A stretch of DNA of 40,168 nt, from the IMG/VR virus record IMGVR_UViG_3300027852_000024; one strand, written 5' to 3'. The stretch's first letter is position 1. Every line of letters begins with the position of its first letter. Shown here piece by piece: positions 1 through 5,541 of the stretch. Both the position numbers and the translations under genes were made by a program. A model generated the notes under the pieces. The model was not told the origin of the DNA, ran no database searches, and was given only the letters and a program-made list of their open reading frames with translations. Origin of the DNA: a virus.

Positions 1-127
1 AGTTTTCTATACTCTGACCTCTCAATCCTGTTCAGTCCCGGAAAATGCTCTTTAACCATTGCAGTCAAATCCTGCTTTTTCAGTTCGAGATCAGCACCTT
101 TTCTATAGAGCAAGTTCAGAGCAAACC
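1..127. repeat. Terminal overlap: 1-127 is identical to 40042-40168 (circular closure or terminal redundancy of the assembly); unit length 40,041 bp
   Basis: Base-by-base comparison of the first and last lines; identity runs to the window edge. Confidence 0.95.
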
Positions 128-326
128 AGATTGACGCCATCGACTCTAATTTAGACTCCGCATCAAGTGCTATTTTAGTCCATATAGTCTTCGCTTCCTC
201 GAAGGCATCGCATTCGGTGGCGTTAAGAATTGTTGATAATGGTGGTTTTATATTCATGTCATTATCATTGTCATTATCATTGTCATTGTCATTGTCATTG
301 TCATTGTCGCTGTTAGTTGTTTTCAT
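1..326 (-). CDS. N-terminal segment of an acidic repeat protein; the ORF leaves the left window edge and continues at 40041 down to 39462 (about 301 aa in total)
   Basis: ATG at 326 preceded by GGGGAG; in frame with ORF 39462..40154 once position 1 is mapped to 40042; begins MKTTNS(DN)x8. Confidence 0.7.
   Translation of the reverse strand, partial: MKTTNSDNDNDNDNDNDNDNDNDMNIKPPLSTILNATECDAFEEAKTIWTKIALDAESKLESMASIWFALNLLYRKGADLELKKQDLTAMVKEHFPGLNRIERSEYRK
261..308 (-). repeat. Hexanucleotide tandem repeat ATT(G/A)TC x8 encoding (Asp-Asn)x8
   Basis: Read directly; explains the SLSLSL artefact ORF 217..405 on the opposite strand. Confidence 0.9.
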
Positions 327-356
327 TGTGTGTCTCCCCTTTTATTATGGTCGCTA

Positions 357-1214
357 TTATGTGACCTCCACAGAATTGCCCGTCTGTCGTGAATCACCAG
401 ACTGAACCGAAGTCCCTGTTTGCCACGAGTTGCCAGATTGTATTGAATTCTCTGACTGAACAGACTGACCAAACTGGTGTGAGTGACCTCTTTGTATAGA
501 GTGTCCCATCTGCTTGGAGTTTCCAGACTGTTTAGAGTGCCCAGTCTGTACTGAATTACTGTACTGAGCTGAGTAACAATATTGTTGAGAGTTTCCACAC
601 TGCTTCGACTGCCCAAACTGTGTGGAATGACCTGACTGCACAGAGTTTTCGGATTGACTTGAATCACTGTACTGAGTTGACCACCCACACTGCTTCGAGT
701 TTCCAGACTGCATTGAGTGACCTAATTGCCTTGAATCATCTGTTTGAGTTGAGTTGCCAAACTGTCGGGAGCAGTCAAGTTGCTGTGATCGGCCTGATTG
801 AGTTGAAGCTCCATACTGTGACGAACAGTCCATTTGTTTAGAGTAATCAAGCTGTTTAGACTCACCATACTGAATTGAAAAATCCATTTGTTTGGAGTTG
901 CCCATCTGTTTAGAATTTCCATACTGTGCAGAGTTGTCAAAGCTCATAGCATTGTTGCTTGATGTGGCGTTTTCATATCGTCTCGACTCGCCAAACTGTG
1001 AAGCATCATCATACAACCAGCAATCACCCTCCTGACTTAGATTGTGAGCAGTCTCAACCCATCCACCAAGATCACCCTTGCTAATGTTTGAGAAGGATTT
1101 AAGAGCTACTATCCTATGTAGTGTAACAAACTCCTTTGTTGTCGGGTGTTTTATGATCTTGGTCTCACCCGACAATGTGTACTTGTCGGTGCTATTGTTA
1201 GTATTAGTCATCAT
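357..1214 (-). CDS. Hexapeptide-repeat (beta-helix-like) protein; first gene of the leftward early operon
   Basis: AAGGAGGGG before ATG 1214. N-terminal segment ...KGDLGGWVE..NLSQEGDCWLYDDA... resembles the start of phage left-handed beta-helix repeat proteins. It is followed by about 30 consecutive S-x-Q-x-G-x hexapeptides (18-nt DNA period, about 360-940). Confidence 0.75.
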   Translation of the reverse strand: MMTNTNNSTDKYTLSGETKIIKHPTTKEFVTLHRIVALKSFSNISKGDLGGWVETAHNLSQEGDCWLYDDASQFGESRRYENATSSNNAMSFDNSAQYGNSKQMGNSKQMDFSIQYGESKQLDYSKQMDCSSQYGASTQSGRSQQLDCSRQFGNSTQTDDSRQLGHSMQSGNSKQCGWSTQYSDSSQSENSVQSGHSTQFGQSKQCGNSQQYCYSAQYSNSVQTGHSKQSGNSKQMGHSIQRGHSHQFGQSVQSENSIQSGNSWQTGTSVQSGDSRQTGNSVEVT

Positions 1215-1285
1215 TGTGCCCCTCCTTGTGTGTGTTTATGTAATAAATAACAAATAATAAATAATAAAAGTTAATGTTGAGAACA

Positions 1286-1314
1286 GATATAGCACGGTGG
1301 AATCAGTGTGTCAA
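1286..1314 (-). promoter_or_regulatory. Sigma70-type early promoter (TTGACA-17 bp-TATATC) reading leftward
   Basis: -35 at 1309-1314 and -10 at 1286-1291 on the minus strand, about 70 nt upstream of ATG 1214, flanked by AT-rich DNA. Confidence 0.6.
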
Positions 1315-1450
1315 CTATTTTATTGAAAAAAGTTTAAATAATATGCGAATAACATGCGAATAAGGTGTGATTGACACTAGTAGCAGTCCACAACACTTTG
1401 TGTTATCAAGGTGTTACGGTGTTTTACGAGGCTATAACAAAAAGTGTTAT

Positions 1451-1500
1451 TAGGTGTTTTTGGGTGTTTTTGGGTGTTTTTGGGTGTTTTTAGGTGTTTT
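1451..1500 (+). repeat. 10-bp tandem repeat T(A/G)GGTGTTTT x5 (helically phased T-tracts)
   Basis: Read directly from line 1441. Confidence 0.9.
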
Positions 1501-1507
1501 AAGGGGG

Positions 1508-1606
1508 TGATGAGGCTACAACAAAAAGTGTTATTAGGTGTTTTAAGGGGTTGATGAGGCTACAACAAAAAGTGTTATTAGGTGTTTATTAGGTGTTTTA
1601 AGGGTT
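1508..1606 (+). repeat. About 44-bp direct repeat x2 (TGATGAGGCTACAACAAAAAGTGTTATTAGGTGTTTTAAGGGG), each carrying one iteron
   Basis: Copies start at 1508 and 1552. A further repeat pair (GGGCATTTAGGAGAG.TTTACAACAC) lies at about 1610 and 1667. Confidence 0.8.
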
Positions 1607-1984
1607 TATTGGGCATTTAGGAGAGGTTTACAACACTTTTTGTTATGGGTGTTTTAAGTGTTTATCGGGCATTTAGGAGAGATTTACAACACTCTTTGTT
1701 ATTGGAGGCAAAATTGCCTACAACAAATAGTGTTGTAGATTGTGGCTGTGGGGAGCTGAGAGCTGTGTAACACTTTATGCTTGCACGGTGATTTGGATGT
1801 GCATAATTGAGCGTTGTGTGCACACGAGTTGGCTTAAGTTGTTGAAAACATTAATGTTGTTAGTGTTGTTAGTAGATAGTATATTCTTTTAACCTTCTAT
1901 AATAAATCATATACCACATTGTGACACTTTGTACTTTTTTTTTTTAGACCCCCAAATGGAATTGATTTTACTAGCAACACTCAC

Positions 1985-2109
1985 AACATGAATGATATCA
2001 AGCACTTAACTAGACACACTACTCGTCACAAATGAAAAAGGCAAGGAAATCAGCTATTTAACTCACAACATGAATGATATTAGATACTTAGAAGGAACAT
2101 GAATGATAT
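1985..2109 (+). repeat. Three copies of AACATGAATGATAT
   Basis: At 1985-1998, 2067-2080 and 2096-2109; no Shine-Dalgarno sequence precedes any of the ATGs. Confidence 0.8.
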
Positions 2110-2190
2110 CAAGGACTTAGCTGAAACACGCTCAAAACTCACTCCGACTCACTCAGCGGCTCACCTTGAAGCAGTGCGAAGCACTCACCG

Positions 2191-2304
2191 ACACACTCAG
2201 CATGTTTTGTTTACCCACCGACTCACTCAGCTTGATTTGTCTACTCGACACACTCAGCATGTTTTGTTTACTCACCAACACACTCAGCTTGATCTGTTTA
2301 CTCA
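2191..2304 (+). repeat. 57-bp tandem repeat x2 in C/A-rich non-coding DNA
   Basis: ACACACTCAGCATGTTTTGTTTAC at 2191 and 2248; CACTCAGCTTGAT at 2224 and 2281. Confidence 0.85.
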
Positions 2305-2344
2305 GCCACCACTTATGACCGGAGTGCCGACACCACGACACTCA

Positions 2345-2363
2345 GATTGCCACTGCGACAATC
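2345..2363. repeat. PAL-A dyad, degenerate copy (GATTGCCACTGCGACAATC)
   Basis: Non-coding hub; outer arms GATTG/CAATC retained. Confidence 0.6.
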
Positions 2364-2385
2364 TAACTGCCAACACCCAAACACT

Positions 2386-2505
2386 CTGGCTCCACACTGA
2401 ACACCGCCAACCACACCTAACTACCCTGGCTCCACACCGAACACCGCCAACCACACTGCTACTCTGGCTCCACACTGAATACCAAACCACACTGCTACTA
2501 CACAC
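2386..2505 (+). repeat. 38-40-bp tandem repeat x3 (CTGGCTCCACAC.GAA(C/T)ACC...CCACAC)
   Basis: CTGGC at 2386, 2426 and 2464; G-poor stretch. Confidence 0.8.
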
Positions 2506-2582
2506 AGCCTCACCAACACCACCACGTCCACGCTGAGCCACTCAAATGATGTAGCCATGTGTCGGTGAGGGTCAGGATACTC

Positions 2583-2627
2583 GGATTGCCACTGAGCATT
2601 GTGGCAATCCATAACACTTGGTGTTGT
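2583..2627. repeat. Composite module: PAL-A variant (GGATTGCCAC-N8-GTGGCAATCC, 2583-2610) directly abutting an iteron (2611-2627)
   Basis: 10-bp perfect arms; iteron ATAACACTTGGTGTTGT starts at the next base. Confidence 0.85.
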
Positions 2628-2639
2628 AGACAAGGGTGT

Positions 2640-2676
2640 GATTGCCACTGTGACAATCCACAACACTTAATGTTAT
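2640..2676. repeat. Composite module: PAL-A variant (GATTGCCACTGTGACAATC, 2640-2658) plus iteron (2660-2676)
   Basis: Same arrangement as 2583-2627. Confidence 0.8.
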
Positions 2677-2826
2677 TAGACAACCCTAACATTACTCATC
2701 ACCTCTAAGTTGGTTAGAGGTGGTGAATATTATTAGAAAGGCCGGTGGGGGGTAAGAGGGGGCTACCCCCAAAACAGATGAGGCATAATTGAGTATACGT
2801 ACCTACGCAGGCATTCCGTAAAATTT

Positions 2827-2960
2827 CAGCTTTTCTATTTTTCAGCTTTTCTATTTTTCAGCTTTTCTATTTTTCGGCCACATAAAATTTCAGCTTTTAT
2901 ATTTTTCAGCTTTTTATATTTTTCAGCTTTTTCTATTTTTCAGCTTTTCTATTTTTCAGC
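2827..2960 (+). repeat. 16-17-bp tandem array CAGCTTTT(T)CTATTTTT, 3 units (2827-2874) plus 5 units (2891-2960)
   Basis: CAGC recurs at 2827, 2843 and 2859 (degenerate at 2875), then at 2891, 2907, 2924, 2941 and 2957. Confidence 0.9.
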
Positions 2961-2963
2961 AGC

Positions 2964-2983
2964 ACTGCCACCAGTGGCTATCC
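2964..2983. repeat. PAL-A dyad, degenerate copy (ACTGCCACCAGTGGCTATCC)
   Basis: Core GCCACCAGTGGC intact. The right flank reads CTATCCACA, an 8/9 match to the DnaA-box consensus TTATCCACA. Confidence 0.6.
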
Positions 2984-2998
2984 ACAAGTATCCCCTTC

Positions 2999-3035
2999 AT
3001 AACACTTTCTGTTGTGGATTGTCACAGTGGCAATC
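2999..3035. repeat. Composite module in mirrored order: iteron (2999-3015) plus PAL-A variant (GATTGTCACAGTGGCAATC, 3017-3035)
   Basis: Inverted relative to the modules at 2583 and 2640. Confidence 0.8.
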
Positions 3036-3255
3036 TAACTGTTCAGAGTTAGCAATCCCATCCTATTATATAAGCTCACAAGGTGGCGCACAAAACAAGC
3101 CCAGCGGTCAAGCCAGATAGACACACACGGGAGATCCAAAAAATCTCATACCATAGTACACCTTATATATTAAGACTGTCCAGCGGCCCTGTGACAATCA
3201 CCTGCAAGAATCATGCCAAGCCATACCGAAGCAATAAATAAAGATATGCAAAGGC

Positions 3256-3284
3256 TTGACAACACTACCACAATGTGGTATACT
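3256..3284 (+). promoter_or_regulatory. Consensus sigma70-type promoter TTGACA-17 bp-TATACT with TGn extended -10 and palindromic spacer CCACAATGTGG
   Basis: -35 at 3256-3261, -10 at 3279-3284; drives the terminase genes. Confidence 0.75.
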
Positions 3285-3306
3285 GTATTTAATAGATCAA
3301 GACCAG

Positions 3307-3326
3307 GATTGCCACTGGTGGCAGTC
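3307..3326. repeat. PAL-A dyad (GATTGCCACTGGTGGCAGTC) in the 5' leader between promoter 3256-3284 and ATG 3349
   Basis: Read directly. Confidence 0.9.
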
Positions 3327-3348
3327 AAAGAAAAGAGGGGAGACGATA

Positions 3349-3831
3349 ATGGACTTTGATTTTTTAACAGAGCAGATTGATGAAGAAACACAGCCAAAGT
3401 ATGTTGGCCCAAATATGAAGTCAGCGGTTAAGATGACACCACGTAAGTTTGCATCGTCAGTACTTGAGGTGTTTGACAAACTTGGTGGAGTGTCTTGGCT
3501 ATTGATAGAAGCACAAGCAGACCCTAAAGCGTTTCTTGCGTTGCTGTCTAAGATGATACCAAAGAGCGTGCAACTTGATGATCTAGCAGGTATAGCTGTA
3601 ACAGTAGTCGACCAATTTGGTAGACAAGTTAAAGCAGAAGCGGTAAACGCAAATAACCAAACACAAATTGCTGCCACAATACCTTCTGAAGGCACGGAGT
3701 CCGGTCAACTCCAGATTGCCACTGGTGGCAGCCAGACTCCCCGGGCGGTTCTCTCCTCCTCACCTGGGGAGTCACCCCCAACTGATGTTGATATAACAGA
3801 CATATTTAAGAAGGGGGTTGATGATGAATAA
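3349..3831 (+). CDS. Candidate small terminase subunit (160 aa)
   Basis: GAGGGGAG RBS before ATG 3349; lies immediately upstream of and overlaps the large terminase; assigned by position only. Confidence 0.45.
   Translation: MDFDFLTEQIDEETQPKYVGPNMKSAVKMTPRKFASSVLEVFDKLGGVSWLLIEAQADPKAFLALLSKMIPKSVQLDDLAGIAVTVVDQFGRQVKAEAVNANNQTQIAATIPSEGTESGQLQIATGGSQTPRAVLSSSPGESPPTDVDITDIFKKGVDDE
3714..3733. repeat. PAL-A dyad inside a CDS (GATTGCCACTGGTGGCAGCC, encodes IATGG)
   Basis: Read directly. Confidence 0.9.
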
Positions 3832-5236
3832 TGACTACTTAGAAGAAGCTGCTAAGGGTAGGATAACAATACCATACAATTTCCATCCTCGTGAGTATCA
3901 GAAGGATGTGTACAACGCACTGCCACTCGGGTTTAAACGCGGTGTAGTGATATGGCATAGACGAGCAGGCAAGGACAAGACATTCATAAACATACTTGCG
4001 CGTGAAGCCTTTAAGAAAAGAGGTACTTACTTCTATATACTACCTTATTATAAGCAAGCACGATTGATTATATGGGAAGGTATGGACTCGTCGGGCTTTA
4101 GATTCATTGATCATTTTCCAGATAAGCTTGTTAAGCGTAGAGAGAACCAACAGATGGTCTTAGAGCTAACAAATGGGTCTGTTATAAGAATGGTTGGGTC
4201 TGATAATATTGATTCGATTGTTGGGACAAACCCAATAGGCGTAATATTTTCCGAGTTCTCACTGCACAAGTCAGCAGCGTGGAACTATTTACGGCCTATC
4301 TTACTCGAAAATGGTGGGTGGGCGCTGTTCAACGGTACTCCACGTGGGAAGAACCCATTGTGGAAAATGTACCAACATGCTAAGAAGGATAAAACATGGT
4401 TCAGTGAGATATTGACAATTAATGACACCACAAAAGAGGACAACACACCAGTTATAACAGAAGAAGACATACAAGTTGAGCTTCAATCAGGGATGCCAAA
4501 AGAACTGATCCAACAAGAGTACTATTGTTCCTTTGATGCTGGTCTTGTTGGGTCTATAGTGGGTGATCTGATGGCCAATGCGAGGGAAGAGGGGCGTATC
4601 GCAAGGATACCTTGGGAGCCTGAGTTAAGAGTAACAACTGCGTGGGATTTGGGATTTGATGACACCAACACTATTTGGTTCGCGCAGTTCTCTGGCAAAG
4701 AAGTATGGCTGATAGACTGCTATAGCAACAACAGGAAGCCAGCACCACACTATGTTAACGTACTTAACCAGAAACCGTACACATATGAGGAACACTTCTT
4801 CCCACATGATGTGGAGGTGCATGAGTACAGCACTGGGCTTACAAGGAGGGAGACGTTTGAGAACTTAGGGCTAAAGAATATAATAACAATTCCGCGAACC
4901 GGGGTCGCTGATAAAGGCCAGTTGTCAGAAGGACACAACGCTATGAGGCAGACTATACCAAAGTGCTTCTTTGATAAAGTAAAGTGTGATGATGGCATTG
5001 AGGCATTAAAATCGTACAGGCGGGAGTGGGAGGAGAAGAAGGAGAAGTTCTCTGACTCACCTGTTCGTGATTGGAGTAAGCATTTTGCTGATGCGTTTAG
5101 ACAACTTGCATGTGGTCTTGGGATAAGGCGGACAGGTAATATGCCTATAAGTCAGTATGCGTCGCAGAGTTACAATGAGCTTGATGGACTCGAAGACGAT
5201 AATCTTAACTACGATCCATTTGAGGACTACTTGTAA
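3821..5236 (+). CDS. terL: Terminase large subunit
   Basis: Walker A-like HRRAGKDKT, Walker B-like GVIFSEF, nuclease-domain-like AWDLGFDDTNTIWF; AAGGGGG RBS; the track start at 3818 is TTG and the first ATG is 3821. Confidence 0.85.
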   Translation: MMNNDYLEEAAKGRITIPYNFHPREYQKDVYNALPLGFKRGVVIWHRRAGKDKTFINILAREAFKKRGTYFYILPYYKQARLIIWEGMDSSGFRFIDHFPDKLVKRRENQQMVLELTNGSVIRMVGSDNIDSIVGTNPIGVIFSEFSLHKSAAWNYLRPILLENGGWALFNGTPRGKNPLWKMYQHAKKDKTWFSEILTINDTTKEDNTPVITEEDIQVELQSGMPKELIQQEYYCSFDAGLVGSIVGDLMANAREEGRIARIPWEPELRVTTAWDLGFDDTNTIWFAQFSGKEVWLIDCYSNNRKPAPHYVNVLNQKPYTYEEHFFPHDVEVHEYSTGLTRRETFENLGLKNIITIPRTGVADKGQLSEGHNAMRQTIPKCFFDKVKCDDGIEALKSYRREWEEKKEKFSDSPVRDWSKHFADAFRQLACGLGIRRTGNMPISQYASQSYNELDGLEDDNLNYDPFEDYL

Positions 5237-5254
5237 CTATCTATTTTAAAACGC

Positions 5255-5283
5255 TTGACAAGTATACCACATTGTGGTATACT
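5255..5283 (+). promoter_or_regulatory. Second consensus promoter TTGACA-17 bp-TATACT with spacer palindrome CCACATTGTGG
   Basis: -35 at 5255-5260, -10 at 5278-5283; nearly identical to 3256-3284. Confidence 0.75.
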
Positions 5284-5329
5284 CGTACTCATAAATAAAA
5301 GTGCGCTAAAAATTAAGGGAGGATGAACT

Positions 5330-5539
5330 ATGAGTGGAGTTTTTGATTTTATATCGAACAAAGGGGATGGTGATGAGATTGCCACTGGTGGCGATCAGAC
5401 AGACCCTGGGGCCATCACGGAAGAAATGAAAGAAGAGGCAAAGAAACTTGCTGCGTCTTCAAAAGGTCTTGACATAGCTGAGTTCCAAAAGAAGCATAAA
5501 ATACACATACTCAATGTTGACGAACTCTTAAAGGGATAA
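5330..5539 (+). CDS. Small acidic hypothetical protein (69 aa)
   Basis: AAGGGAGG RBS; lies between terL and the portal gene. Confidence 0.6.
   Translation: MSGVFDFISNKGDGDEIATGGDQTDPGAITEEMKEEAKKLAASSKGLDIAEFQKKHKIHILNVDELLKG
5377..5396. repeat. PAL-A dyad inside a CDS (GATTGCCACTGGTGGCGATC, encodes IATGG)
   Basis: Read directly. Confidence 0.9.
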
Positions 5540-5541
5540 AT

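Larger units (their letters stand above)
1390..1736. repeat. Cluster of seven 17-bp iteron-like imperfect dyads A(C/T)AACA-N5-TGTT(A/G)T
   Basis: Copies at 1390-1406, 1434-1450, 1518-1534, 1562-1578, 1630-1646, 1686-1702 and 1720-1736; a weaker one lies near 1767-1780. Confidence 0.85.

Noticed and set aside
217-405. 62-aa plus-strand ORF with an SLSLSL run
   Set aside because: It is the antisense reading of the (DN)x8 hexanucleotide repeat, and it crosses an intergenic gap of the minus-strand operon.
323-940. ORFs 323..688 (-), 620..841 (+) and 722..940 (-) overlapping the hexapeptide-repeat gene
   Set aside because: They are alternative-frame and antisense artefacts of the 18-nt periodic repeat. 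None has an RBS. The 357..1214 frame has the strong RBS and a coherent repeat protein.
2099-2536. 145-aa plus-strand ORF, together with the overlapping minus-strand ORFs 2153..2341, 2302..2541, 2421..2666 and 2510..2692
   Set aside because: They lie entirely within tandem C/A-rich repeats. The translations are low-complexity (HTQHVLFTH repeats), there is no Shine-Dalgarno sequence, and the same ATGAATGATAT start motif occurs twice upstream followed by immediate stops. I treat the region as non-coding repeat DNA.
2697-2775. Hairpins TCACCTCTAA-GTTGG-TTAGAGGTG and GGGGG-CTA-CCCCC as a possible tRNA or terminator
   Set aside because: No cloverleaf arrangement or conserved T-loop or anticodon-stem geometry can be drawn. 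No U-tract follows in either direction. They remain unexplained hub structure.
2827-2960. The 16-17-bp tandem array as a mini-CRISPR or satellite-encoded peptide
   Set aside because: The units are contiguous with no spacers. They are T-rich, and no open frame with an RBS is present.
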